DNA of 64,000 nucleotides, taken from positions 86 to 64,085 of the forward strand of contig DATKCD010000093.1 in assembly GCA_035544735.1 (NCBI GenBank). Direction: 5' to 3'. The DNA comes from Thermoanaerobaculia bacterium (GTDB lineage: Bacteria; Acidobacteriota; Thermoanaerobaculia; Gp7-AA8). The translations under genes and the position numbers were made by a program. Positions 45,434 to 54,459 of this stretch are shown piece after piece (the first letter of the stretch is position 1; every line of letters starts with the position of its first letter). The notes beneath the pieces were generated by a model. It saw only the letters and a program-made list of their open reading frames with translations. It ran no database searches and was not told where the DNA came from.

Positions 45434-46411
45434 ATGAATCTGACCGTCAGAGATCGGGACATCACGACCCTTTTCGGAGTTCAGGACGAGAACCTGCGCC
45501 TCATCGAAGACGCCTTCAAGGTCCGCATCGCGGCGCGCGGATCCGAGATCAGCGTCCAGGGCGCCCCCAACGACGTCGCCGTCGCCGAGAAGGTCCTCGG
45601 CGAGCTCCAGGAGCTCATCGAGCGAGGCTATCCGTTCAGGAAGGCCGATCTGCAGACCATGGTCCGCGTCCTGAAGGAGACGCCGCAGGCGAATCTGGTC
45701 GAGTTCTTCACCGACGAGACCCTCCAGAGCTCGCTCCGAAAGATCGTCACCCCCCGCAACCTCCGGCAGAAGGAGTACCTCCAGGCGATCCAGGACCACG
45801 ACATGACCTTCGCCATCGGGCCGGCCGGAACGGGGAAGACCTTTCTCGCCGTCGCGGTCGCGGCGGCCGCCCTCGCCGAGAAGCGGATCAAGCGCGTGGT
45901 CCTCTGCCGCCCCGCGGTCGAGGCGGGAGAGAAGCTCGGCTTCCTGCCGGGCGACCTGGCCGAAAAGATCAATCCATACCTCCGCCCGCTCTACGACTCG
46001 CTCTACGATCTGATCGGCTTCGAGAAGGTCGCGAAGCTGATCGAGCGGAGCGTCATCGAGATCGCGCCGCTCGCATTCATGCGCGGCCGCACGCTCGCCG
46101 ACGCGTTCATCATCCTCGACGAGGCTCAGAACACCACTCCCGAGCAGATGAAGATGTTCCTCACCCGCCTCGGGTTCGGCTCGAAGGCGGTGATCACCGG
46201 CGACATCACTCAGGTCGACCTCCCGGAGGGGAAGCGCTCGGGCCTGCGCGAGGCGCAGAGCATTCTGGGCGAGGTCGACGGCGTCAGCTTCTTCACCTTC
46301 ACCGAGCGCGACGTCGTCCGCCATCCCCTCGTCGGCAAGATCGTCCGCGCCTACGAGAGCCGCGAGCGCGAGATCGAAGCCTCCAAGGCCAGGCAGGAAG
46401 GCGGAGCGTAG
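45434..46411 (+). CDS. phoH: PhoH-family ATPase
   Basis: GPAGTGKTFLAV Walker A, FIILDEAQN Walker B, ITGDITQVDLP. The ORF begins at GTG 45401; ATG 45434 is preferred. Confidence 0.9.
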   Translation: MNLTVRDRDITTLFGVQDENLRLIEDAFKVRIAARGSEISVQGAPNDVAVAEKVLGELQELIERGYPFRKADLQTMVRVLKETPQANLVEFFTDETLQSSLRKIVTPRNLRQKEYLQAIQDHDMTFAIGPAGTGKTFLAVAVAAAALAEKRIKRVVLCRPAVEAGEKLGFLPGDLAEKINPYLRPLYDSLYDLIGFEKVAKLIERSVIEIAPLAFMRGRTLADAFIILDEAQNTTPEQMKMFLTRLGFGSKAVITGDITQVDLPEGKRSGLREAQSILGEVDGVSFFTFTERDVVRHPLVGKIVRAYESREREIEASKARQEGGA

Positions 46412-46480
46412 AGCCCGCGAGCCGTGGAGCGTTTCGGGATCGGGGAATCCGCGCCGTGCGGGGATGAAGGACGCCTCACC

Positions 46481-46930
46481 ATGAACGTCGAGATCAGCGG
46501 TCCCGCGGTTCCGCGATTTCCGCGCCGCGAGATGACGGCATTCGTGCGGAAGGCCGTCGGAGCGATCGAGCGTGCCGGGGCGGCGCCGTTCCGTCCGACC
46601 GAGGTCGCGATCGCCTTCGTCGACGACGCCGCGATGGCGGCGCTCAACCGCCGATTCCGCGGCAGGGGGGGAACCACCGACGTCCTCTCCTTCCCCGCCG
46701 GAGACGATCCCGAAGAGTCGGACCGACGCCTGGGCGACATCGCCATCTCCCTCGACCGCGCCCGCCGGCAGGCGCGCGAGCAGCACCACTCGCTCGCCAC
46801 CGAGGTCCGCTACCTCATCCTCCATGGGATCATCCACGCGTTCGGCTGGGACCACGAATCGGACGAGGGCGAGATGAATGCCCTCGAGATCCGGCTCCGG
46901 CCGAAGCTCGGCCTCATCGGCGACGAGTGA
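46481..46930 (+). CDS. ybeY: rRNA maturation endoribonuclease YbeY
   Basis: TDVLSFP and the zinc motif HGIIHAFGWDH. Sits downstream of phoH, as is typical. Confidence 0.9.
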   Translation: MNVEISGPAVPRFPRREMTAFVRKAVGAIERAGAAPFRPTEVAIAFVDDAAMAALNRRFRGRGGTTDVLSFPAGDDPEESDRRLGDIAISLDRARRQAREQHHSLATEVRYLILHGIIHAFGWDHESDEGEMNALEIRLRPKLGLIGDE

Positions 46931-47082
46931 TGACGCCGATGGCGAGTCGTTGACCAGAACGGGCGGTTGCAACGTTCTGCGCTCCGCGCTCGTGGCCGGG
47001 GATTTCATCCCCGGCGGGAGGTGGTGAAGCGAAGGTGAAACCGTCGCTCGCTCCCGGAGATCGAGCGCACGGGAGCTCGGAC

Positions 47083-48216
47083 CTATTTCAGGTCGACGAT
47101 CTGTTCCCGGACGAGCTTGTGGAAGATGAGGAGGGCGTCGATCTCGCGCATGGGGCTGATCTTGGTGATCGAGGCGACGTCCCACTGCGCGTTGATCCGC
47201 GAGAGGATGAATCCCTCGTTCGGGGTGAAGTTCATGCCGCTGAGCTCCTCGAGCGGGCGCCGCAGATGCGGCACCCTGTGGTCCGAGATCCCCTGGCGCT
47301 TGAGCTCCGAGAGGATGACGGACTCACCCCCCTTGAGAGCGGTGCGGACCTTCGCGCTCTCGGGATCGAGGTTCTGAGCCGCCTTGAGCAGCCGCAGCGC
47401 CTTCTCGAACTCCCCCTCCTTCAGCCCGCCCTGCGCGCGGGCGAGGAGAGACTCGATCTCGGAGTCGTCGGCGGAGAGCTCGGCCGGCGCGGCCGCCGGC
47501 TCCGGCGCGGCCGCCGCCGCTTTCTCTCCGAGCTTCATCTTTCCAGCCGAAACGAGCTCCGAGATCGTCCGCGACACGACGAAGGTCGACGATCGGCTCT
47601 CGAGCACGATCCCTTCGATCGTCCGCTCGCCGTCCACCAGCTCGACGATCCTCTTCTGCGCCTCGTTCAGCTTGCTCAGGTCGAGCTTCCCCTTCCGCGA
47701 CGGAACCAGGGCCGTACTCGTCACCACCTTGCGGGCGCGGTCCCACTCGTCGACCCGCCGCGAGCCCTCCATCACGACCCCGGTGACGTCGAGGTTCAGC
47801 GGCACCAGCTCCATCGCCGGCTTCTCGTCGTCGTGGAACTCGAACTCTCCGTCCGGCCAGAGAAAAACGTCGTAGATCTCCTCTTCCGCCTTCCGCTTCA
47901 TCAGTCGCTTGAGGTCGTCCTCGGTGATCGCCTCGATGATGACCAGGATCTTGCCGAGCAGGATCTTCGATTGCAGCTGGACCTCCATCGCCTTCTTCAG
48001 CTCGTCCTCCGAGATGTAGCCGTAGCTCATGAGGAACTGGCCGAGGTACTCCCGAGGATCGGTGGAGGCGGATGAGACGACTTTTCCCTTCTGAACGAAG
48101 ATGGTTTTTTCGACCGAGGTGTTCCGGACGACGAGGCGTCCGGTCTTCTGGCTGAAGCTCAGCCACTGGAACAGGTGGCCGGCGGCCATGGTGCGGAGGT
48201 GTCCGGAAACGCTCAT
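47083..48216 (-). CDS. DUF4388 (PATAN-type) domain protein with C-terminal TPR-like region
   Basis: MSVSGHLRTMAAGHLFQWLSFSQKTGRLVVRNTSVEKTIFVQKGKVVSSAS. Followed by LG-x-L-x-x-G-x-I-s-x-x-x-L repeats. Confidence 0.75.
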   Translation of the reverse strand: MSVSGHLRTMAAGHLFQWLSFSQKTGRLVVRNTSVEKTIFVQKGKVVSSASTDPREYLGQFLMSYGYISEDELKKAMEVQLQSKILLGKILVIIEAITEDDLKRLMKRKAEEEIYDVFLWPDGEFEFHDDEKPAMELVPLNLDVTGVVMEGSRRVDEWDRARKVVTSTALVPSRKGKLDLSKLNEAQKRIVELVDGERTIEGIVLESRSSTFVVSRTISELVSAGKMKLGEKAAAAAPEPAAAPAELSADDSEIESLLARAQGGLKEGEFEKALRLLKAAQNLDPESAKVRTALKGGESVILSELKRQGISDHRVPHLRRPLEELSGMNFTPNEGFILSRINAQWDVASITKISPMREIDALLIFHKLVREQIVDLK

Positions 48217-48312
48217 CGAGTGCGCCGCAGGTGAGGGCGGCACCCGCGCCCGCCGGCCGGGTGAAGGTAACAGACTTCCCCGGGCTTGTGAATCGAGCCG
48301 GCCCGCGGCGCC

Positions 48313-48318
48313 TATAAT
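48313..48318 (+). promoter_or_regulatory. Consensus -10 hexamer TATAAT 8 nt upstream of the mutase ATG (candidate leaderless promoter)
   Basis: cgccTATAATcgcggttgATG. No SD between the hexamer and the start. Same cTATAATCGC context as upstream of carA. Confidence 0.4.
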
Positions 48319-48326
48319 CGCGGTTG

Positions 48327-49958
48327 ATGACTCGAAGCAAGGAAAAGCGATCGGAGGGTGCGAGCCGGTCGACGAGCTCCGGAATCGAGCTGCCCGCCGC
48401 GTTCACGCCGGCGGATCTCGAGCGCGCCGGCTTCGACCCCGGGAAGGACCTCGGCCGCCCCGGCGAGTATCCATTCACTCGCGGACCTCAACCGACGATG
48501 TACCGGGGACGACTCTGGACGATGCGGCAGTACGCCGGCTTCTCGACCGCGGCGGAGTCGAACCGGCGCTACCGCTACCTGCTCGAGCGGGGAACGACCG
48601 GCCTTTCGATCGCATTCGACCTTCCGACTCAGATCGGGATGGACTCGGACGCCGCGCTGGCTCGGGGCGAGGTGGGAAAAGTCGGCGTCGCGATCGACTC
48701 GATCGAGGACGTGGAAGTCCTGCTCGACGGGATCCCGCTCGACGAAGTCTCGCTCTCGATGACGATCAACGCCCCGGCGGCGATCCTGCTGGCGATGCTG
48801 CTCGTCGTTGCGGAAAGACGGGGCATCCCCTGGAGCGCGCTCAGCGGCACGGTCCAGAACGACATCCTGAAGGAGTACGCGGCGCGAGGAACCTGGATCT
48901 TCCCCCCGCGCCCCTCGATGCGCCTGGTCACCGACGTGTTCGAGTTCTGCACCGAGCACGTGCCGCGCTGGAACACGATCTCGATCTCCGGATACCACAT
49001 CCGCGAAGCGGGATCGACGGCCGTGCAGGAGGTGGCGTTCACCCTGGCGAACGGGATCGAGTACGTGGGGAATGCGATCGCGCGGGGACTCGAAGTCGAC
49101 GCGTTCGCCCCCCGCCTGTCGTTCTTCTTCAATGCCCACAGCGATTTTCTCGAGGAGGTCGCGAAGTTCCGGGCGGCGCGCAAGGTGTGGGCCCGCGTGA
49201 TGCGGGAACGGTTCGGCGCCTCCGATCCCCGCTCCCTCGCCCTCCGCTTCCACGCGCAGACAGCCGGATCGACTCTCACCGGCCAGCAGCCCGAGAACAA
49301 TGTCGTCCGCGTCGCGTATCAGGCGATGGCCGCGGTCCTGGGGGGATGCCAGTCGCTCCACACCAACTCGCGCGACGAGGCGCTCGCGCTGCCGACCGAG
49401 GAGTCGGTGCAGATCGCACTGCGAACCCAGCAGGTCCTCGCCTTCGAGACCGGCGTGCCGGCGACCGCCGATCCGCTCGCCGGCTCGTACGCCATCGAGG
49501 CACTCACGCTCGAGATCGAGCGTCGCGCCCTCGAGCTGATCGGCAGGATCGAATCCATCGGCGGTGCTCTCGCCGCCATCGAGAGCGGCTGGATCCAGCG
49601 GGAGATCGCCGACAGCGCCTACCGGGCTCAACGGGCGCTCGAGGCGGGAGAGGCCGTCGTGGTCGGCGTCAACCGCTTCACCGACGATGCCGCTCCGCCG
49701 CTGCCGATCCTGAGCATCGACGAGTCCGTCGAGCGGGACCAGGTCTCCAGGCTCCAGGAGCGCCGGCGCGCGCGCGAAGCCGACCCGGAGCGGCGGCGGC
49801 GCCATCGCGACGCCCTCGCCGCCCTCGACGCCGCAGCCGGCTCGGACCGCAATTTGCTATCTCCGATCCTCGAGGCCGTGCGGAGCGGCGCCACCGTCGG
49901 CGAGATCGTCTCGACGATGTCGCGGACTTTCGGGTCGCACCGCGACCAGGCCTTCTGA
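48327..49958 (+). CDS. Methylmalonyl-CoA mutase family large (catalytic TIM-barrel) subunit, no fused B12-binding domain
   Basis: [56 protein letters not shown]. About 543 aa, ending before any B12 domain. Confidence 0.9.
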   Translation: MTRSKEKRSEGASRSTSSGIELPAAFTPADLERAGFDPGKDLGRPGEYPFTRGPQPTMYRGRLWTMRQYAGFSTAAESNRRYRYLLERGTTGLSIAFDLPTQIGMDSDAALARGEVGKVGVAIDSIEDVEVLLDGIPLDEVSLSMTINAPAAILLAMLLVVAERRGIPWSALSGTVQNDILKEYAARGTWIFPPRPSMRLVTDVFEFCTEHVPRWNTISISGYHIREAGSTAVQEVAFTLANGIEYVGNAIARGLEVDAFAPRLSFFFNAHSDFLEEVAKFRAARKVWARVMRERFGASDPRSLALRFHAQTAGSTLTGQQPENNVVRVAYQAMAAVLGGCQSLHTNSRDEALALPTEESVQIALRTQQVLAFETGVPATADPLAGSYAIEALTLEIERRALELIGRIESIGGALAAIESGWIQREIADSAYRAQRALEAGEAVVVGVNRFTDDAAPPLPILSIDESVERDQVSRLQERRRAREADPERRRRHRDALAALDAAAGSDRNLLSPILEAVRSGATVGEIVSTMSRTFGSHRDQAF

Positions 49959-49962
49959 CGCC

Positions 49963-50337
49963 ATGAGGAAACACGCCGGAACCACGCTGCGGCTCGCCGC
50001 GGGCTTCGTCTTTCTGATCCTCGGAGTCGTGGGAGCCCTCCTTCCCGTCCTCCAGGGATGGATCTTCTTCCTGCTCGCGGCCCTGATGTTCTTTCCGAAC
50101 CACCCGCGGGCGGAAAAAGGGCTGCGCCGGCTCGAGCGGCGAATGCCCCGGCTGGTCCGGTGGCTCCGCCGCCTCGGCTTCGGAACGATCGAAGGGGAGA
50201 TCATCAACCTCGACATCGGCGAGCTCGTACATCATCACCACGACCACCCGCACGAGGAATCCGAACGGGAACGGCAGGCCGGACCCGGCGCCGAAGACGA
50301 CGAGCACTCCGGCGGGCGCGAGCGGAACGTGGTCTGA
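49963..50337 (+). CDS. Small membrane protein with His/acidic-rich C-terminal tail (hypothetical)
   Basis: Two TM helices (LRLAAGFVFLILGVVGALLPVLQGWIFFLLAALMFF), then ELVHHHHDHPHEESERE. Confidence 0.55.
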   Translation: MRKHAGTTLRLAAGFVFLILGVVGALLPVLQGWIFFLLAALMFFPNHPRAEKGLRRLERRMPRLVRWLRRLGFGTIEGEIINLDIGELVHHHHDHPHEESERERQAGPGAEDDEHSGGRERNVV

Positions 50338-50381
50338 TCGCGGCGCGAGGCGCGCCGGAATGCTCCCTCGATCGGGTCGCT

Positions 50382-50387
50382 TATAAT
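50382..50387 (+). promoter_or_regulatory. Consensus -10 hexamer TATAAT 9 nt upstream of the carA ATG (candidate leaderless promoter)
   Basis: gcTTATAATcgccgccggATG, with no SD. Confidence 0.4.
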
Positions 50388-50396
50388 CGCCGCCGG

Positions 50397-51473
50397 ATGC
50401 ACGCCCGCCTCGTTCTCGAAGATGGATCGGTGTTCGAAGGGGAGTCGTTCGGCTCCCCGGCGTCGTCGATCGGCGAAGTCGTCTTCAACACGTCGATGAC
50501 CGGCTATCAGGAGATCGCGACCGATCCGTCCTATCGGTTCCAGATCGTCGTGATGACGTACCCTCACATGGGGAACTACGGCGTGGAGTCGGCGGCCGAG
50601 CAGAGCCCGGCGCCGCAGGTGTCGGGGTTCGTGGTGAGGGAGCTGACGCTGGCGACGGCGCACCCCGACGCGAAGACCGGGCTCGACGAGTACTTCTCGC
50701 AGCATCGGATTCCGGCCATCCGCGGGATCGACACGCGCGCGGTGACGCGGAAGCTGCGCGTACACGGTTCGATGATGGGGATGATCACGACCGATGCGCG
50801 TTCTCTGGACGATATCGTGAGTGAGATCCGGTCGGCTCCGACGATGGCCGGGCTCGATCTGGTGGAGCGCGTCACGAGCGCCGAGCCGTGGAGCCTTCCG
50901 GCCGAGGGAGAGAAGCGGCGATCGATCGCGGTGTACGACTTCGGCGTCAAGCGCGACATTCTGCACAGGCTCCAGGCGGTCGGCTGCGAGGTGACGGTCT
51001 TTCCCGCGCGGACCCCCGCTTCCGAGATCCTCGCCCGGAAGTTCGACGGAGTCGTTCTCTCGAACGGCCCCGGCGATCCCGAGCCGGTCACCTACGCGCA
51101 GGAGAACATCCGGGGACTGATCGGCCGGATTCCGATGCTCGGGATCTGCCTCGGGCATCAGCTCCTCGGGATCGCGCTCGGCGGCCGGACCTACAAGCTC
51201 AAGTTCGGCCATCACGGCGGAAACCATCCCGTCAGGGAGATCAGTTCGGGCCGCGTCGAGATCACGGCCCAGAACCACGGATTCGCCGTCGAGGCGGACT
51301 CCCTCCCTTCGAGCGAGATCGAGTTCACGCACGTGAACCTCAACGACGGCACGATCGAAGGCTTCCGGTCGAAGAAAGACCCGATCATCGCCGTGCAGTA
51401 CCACCCGGAGGCCGCGCCCGGGCCTCACGATTCCTTTCACGTCTTCGAGGATTTCCTGAAGATGATCACGTGA
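50397..51473 (+). CDS. carA: Carbamoyl-phosphate synthase small (glutaminase) subunit
   Basis: MHARLVLEDGSVFEGESFG, FNTSMTGYQEI, GICLGHQLL (catalytic Cys), QYHPEA. Confidence 0.95.
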   Translation: MHARLVLEDGSVFEGESFGSPASSIGEVVFNTSMTGYQEIATDPSYRFQIVVMTYPHMGNYGVESAAEQSPAPQVSGFVVRELTLATAHPDAKTGLDEYFSQHRIPAIRGIDTRAVTRKLRVHGSMMGMITTDARSLDDIVSEIRSAPTMAGLDLVERVTSAEPWSLPAEGEKRRSIAVYDFGVKRDILHRLQAVGCEVTVFPARTPASEILARKFDGVVLSNGPGDPEPVTYAQENIRGLIGRIPMLGICLGHQLLGIALGGRTYKLKFGHHGGNHPVREISSGRVEITAQNHGFAVEADSLPSSEIEFTHVNLNDGTIEGFRSKKDPIIAVQYHPEAAPGPHDSFHVFEDFLKMIT

Positions 51474-51516
51474 ACCGGCCCCGGATGCCCGCAGCCCGAG
51501 GACCGAGCGCCGACTG

Positions 51517-52737
51517 ATGAACCTTCCGCTCCGGATCGCCTGGCGTTACCTCAAGAGGCCGACCGACAAGCTCGTCTCGGCGGTCGGCCTGGTCTCGGTC
51601 CTCGGCCTGGTGATCGGAGTGATGGCGCTCGTCATCTCGATGGCGCTGATGACGGGATACCGCGACGACCTCCAGGAGAAGCTGCTGGCCGGGAACGCCG
51701 AGATCTTCGTCTATTCGATCGACGGAAGCATCGACCGGACGCCGGAGCTGGCGACGCGGATCGAGGCAATTCCGGGCGTGCGCGAGGCCTCGCCCGTGGT
51801 CTTCCAGCAGGCGCTGATCACCTCGGAGGATCACGGCACCGGGGAGCAGGTGATGCTGAAGGGGATCGACCCGTCGCGCGCGGCATCCTCGCCGATGCTC
51901 GAGAGGATCGTCGGAGATCGGCGGTTCTCGGATCCGGAGGGAGAGCCGGGGGTCTCGATGGGCGTGTGGCTCGCCCGCAAGCTCGCCGTCGCGCCCGGTT
52001 CCGCCGTGACGGTGACCGTTCCGACGGAGAACTCGGGAAGCGTTCTGCCGCAGTCGGCGGCGTACGTCGTCACGAACGTGTTCGAGACCGGATTCTTCGA
52101 GTTCGACTCGCGCTGGATCTTCATGCCTCTCGCCGAGGCGCACGCCCTGCTCCGGACGGACGGGCGGTCCAACCTGATCGAGATCGGTCTCGACGACCCC
52201 GAGCAGCTCGACGCGGTTCTTCCGATGGTGATGGCGGTCGCCGGAGAGAGCTACGCCGTGACCGACTGGCGCGAGATGAACCGGCAGCTCTTTTCCCTGC
52301 TGAGGATCCAGCAGCTCGTCCTGTTCATCGTCATCGGGCTGATCGTCTTCGTCTCCACCTTCAACATCGTGTCGACGCTGATCATGACGGTGCACGAGAA
52401 GCGGAAGGAGATCGGGATCCTCATCTCCATGGGAAGCGAGCGGAGACTGATCCGGCGGATCTTCGTCTACTACGGCGTCCTGGTGGGACTGACGGGGACG
52501 GCCGCGGGAATCTTTCTCGGCGTGCTCGCGAACTGGACGATCACCGAATACGAGCTGATCTCGTTCGGCCCCGAGATCGCGGAGGTGTACTTCGTGTCGT
52601 CGATCCCGTTCCTCACGCGCTGGACCGACGTGGCCGTGATCGCCGCATTCGCGGTCGCCGTCTCGTTCCTCGCGACGCTCGTGCCATCCGCCCGTGCCGC
52701 CCGCATCTCCCCGGCGGATGCGGTGCGCTACGAGTGA
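51517..52737 (+). CDS. Lipoprotein-releasing system permease (LolC/LolE, FtsX-like)
   Basis: MNLPLRIAWRYLKRP, large periplasmic loop, C-terminal FtsX TM bundle, ARISPADAVRYE. Confidence 0.9.
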   Translation: MNLPLRIAWRYLKRPTDKLVSAVGLVSVLGLVIGVMALVISMALMTGYRDDLQEKLLAGNAEIFVYSIDGSIDRTPELATRIEAIPGVREASPVVFQQALITSEDHGTGEQVMLKGIDPSRAASSPMLERIVGDRRFSDPEGEPGVSMGVWLARKLAVAPGSAVTVTVPTENSGSVLPQSAAYVVTNVFETGFFEFDSRWIFMPLAEAHALLRTDGRSNLIEIGLDDPEQLDAVLPMVMAVAGESYAVTDWREMNRQLFSLLRIQQLVLFIVIGLIVFVSTFNIVSTLIMTVHEKRKEIGILISMGSERRLIRRIFVYYGVLVGLTGTAAGIFLGVLANWTITEYELISFGPEIAEVYFVSSIPFLTRWTDVAVIAAFAVAVSFLATLVPSARAARISPADAVRYE

Positions 52738-52753
52738 TCCGCGCCCTGATACG

Positions 52754-53110
52754 ATGGCACTCCCGATGGCACGGCGGAAACGCATCTTCAGCTACGAGAG
52801 GGCTCTCGCTCTTCTGCCGGAAGCGCGAAGGATCACCGGAGAAGCGGTCGACGAGCTCGAGCAGCTCCTCTCGGCCGAGACGGTGAGCGAGGAGCAGCTC
52901 GAAGTCCCCGCCGAGCTCGTGCCCGAATATCAGCGGATCGTCTCCGCCTGGGCCGAAGCGATTCTCGACATGGGAATCGAGGTCAAGGGACTCTGGCTCA
53001 TCGACTTCGACAGCGGCGCCGGCTATTACTGCTGGCGCTACCCCGAGGAGACCCTCGAGTGGTTCCACGGCTACGAAGAAGGATTTCCGGGGCGCATCAA
53101 GCTGAATTGA
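52754..53110 (+). CDS. DUF2203 domain protein
   Basis: FSYERALALLPEARRIT...GIEVKGLWLIDFDSGAGYYCWRYPEETLEWFH matches the family pattern from memory. Confidence 0.7.
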   Translation: MALPMARRKRIFSYERALALLPEARRITGEAVDELEQLLSAETVSEEQLEVPAELVPEYQRIVSAWAEAILDMGIEVKGLWLIDFDSGAGYYCWRYPEETLEWFHGYEEGFPGRIKLN

Positions 53111-53121
53111 TCGCGGGGCGC

Positions 53122-53307
53122 TAGGGAACCTCTGCACAAGTCGGAGGGGGTGTCGTTGCGGGCGCCGCCGAGGGCGAATGCGCGCCGCCGCGACGCAGGC
53201 GATGCGGGGCCATCGTCGAGGAGCGGCGGCGCGCAGTCGGCCCGGCGCCGCCCGCAACCCGGAGGGCTGATGGCGCCACCCCCTCCGACTTGTGCAGAGG
53301 TTCCCTA
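53122..53307. repeat. 186-bp GC-rich palindrome with perfect 31-bp terminal inverted repeats
   Basis: tagggaacctctgcacaagtcggagggggtg (53122-53152) is exactly complementary to 53277-53307. Inner complementary blocks are 53155-53170/53243-53258 (15 of 16) and 53180-53191/53223-53234 (12 of 12). Confidence 0.85.
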
Positions 53308-54000
53308 CGGCTCGTCCTGGTCCCCGTCCCCGCTGTCGCTCCATCTCGCCTTCACCCGTGCCAGCCACGACTCGAAATCGCGCCGGAGGCGGTCGGCATC
53401 GACGTCCTTCCCGGCGGCTCGGAGCTTCCGTTCCATCTCGTCGATGCGGTCGGCGATGCTCTGGAGGTTGTCCTGAAAGACCTCGTCGCCCGCGCGCTTC
53501 CACTCGGGGAGCTCGCGAGTCCACTCGTCGAGCCGCCCGCGAAGGTCCTCCACTCCGGCGAGCCGCGCCGCTTCGTCCCGAATGCGTGCGACCAGGGGCG
53601 CCCCCTTCTCCTCGATCCATCCGGCGATGGCCGACGGCCGCGCGTAGAGCACTTCGCCGTCACGGACGGGGCGGCCGAACGAGAACGTCGACGCCACTTC
53701 GACGCGCGCGCCCGGCCGTCGCCCTCCGATCGCGAACCGCGAGTCGATCCGCATCTCGTCCCGGTGCCCGGACTCGACGCGCACGCTGACGGCATCCTTC
53801 CCCTGGAGAGGCGTGATCGCCGTGATCTCACCGATGACCAGCGAGCCTGCCACCACGTGGTTGCCCGCCACCAGCTCGTCGGCCTCGTCGAAGATGATCG
53901 TCGCCTCGAGATCGTCGCGCGTCTCGAGCCAGCGTACGCCGAACCAGATCGCGGCACCCAGCCCGGCGAGGAAAAAGACGGCGAGGATCGTTCGGCCCAT
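53305..54000 (-). CDS. Membrane-anchored protein with MlaD/Mce-like beta region and coiled-coil tail (hypothetical)
   Basis: MGRTILAVFFLAGLGAAIWF TM helix. VAGNHVVAGSLVIGEITAITPLQGKDAVSVRVE; helical charged C-terminus. The functional call is weak. Confidence 0.5.
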   Translation of the reverse strand: MGRTILAVFFLAGLGAAIWFGVRWLETRDDLEATIIFDEADELVAGNHVVAGSLVIGEITAITPLQGKDAVSVRVESGHRDEMRIDSRFAIGGRRPGARVEVASTFSFGRPVRDGEVLYARPSAIAGWIEEKGAPLVARIRDEAARLAGVEDLRGRLDEWTRELPEWKRAGDEVFQDNLQSIADRIDEMERKLRAAGKDVDADRLRRDFESWLARVKARWSDSGDGDQDEP

Positions 54001-54135
54001 CGGAAAGCTCCCTGACGGCAAGGCGCCCTCTTCGCGTTCTCACATTGCCGTCCGATGCAAGATAGACGATCCGCCGGGGCTTGTGCTAAAAGGTCGAATT
54101 CACAAATCCGGCAACGCTGGAAAAGGAGTTACGGC

Positions 54136-54375
54136 ATGTCCGTAGAGGAGAGAGTCAAATCGATCATCGTGGAGCAGCTCGGTGTGGATGCCGAGGAGGT
54201 CACTCCGGAGGCGGCGTTCGTCGAGGATCTCGGGGCCGACTCGCTCGATACGGTCGAGCTCATCATGGCCTTCGAGGAAGAGTTCGGCGTCGAGATCTCC
54301 GATGAGGAAGCCGAAAAGATCAAGCGCGTCAAGGACGCCGTCGACTACATCGACAGCCACGCGAAAGCTCAGTAG
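54136..54375 (+). CDS. acpP: Acyl carrier protein
   Basis: [28 protein letters not shown]...[20 protein letters not shown] (DSLD phosphopantetheine site). Confidence 0.97.
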   Translation: MSVEERVKSIIVEQLGVDAEEVTPEAAFVEDLGADSLDTVELIMAFEEEFGVEISDEEAEKIKRVKDAVDYIDSHAKAQ

Positions 54376-54459
54376 ATCACCACACCGCGCGCATCCGCGC
54401 CGCATCGAGCCGGAGGCCTCGATTCGTTCCTCCGCTCTCACGCCACAAAGAGGATCATT

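Noticed and set aside
46995-47015. Hairpin gccgggga-tttca-tccccggc between the convergent ybeY and DUF4388 genes as a terminator
   Set aside because: There is no U-tract on either strand, so a terminator is possible but unsupported.
53122-53307. Calling the palindromes or repeat elements mobile elements (MITE/IS)
   Set aside because: No transposase is present anywhere in the window, and no target-site duplications are visible at the ends. They are reported as repeats, with mobility only as a hypothesis.
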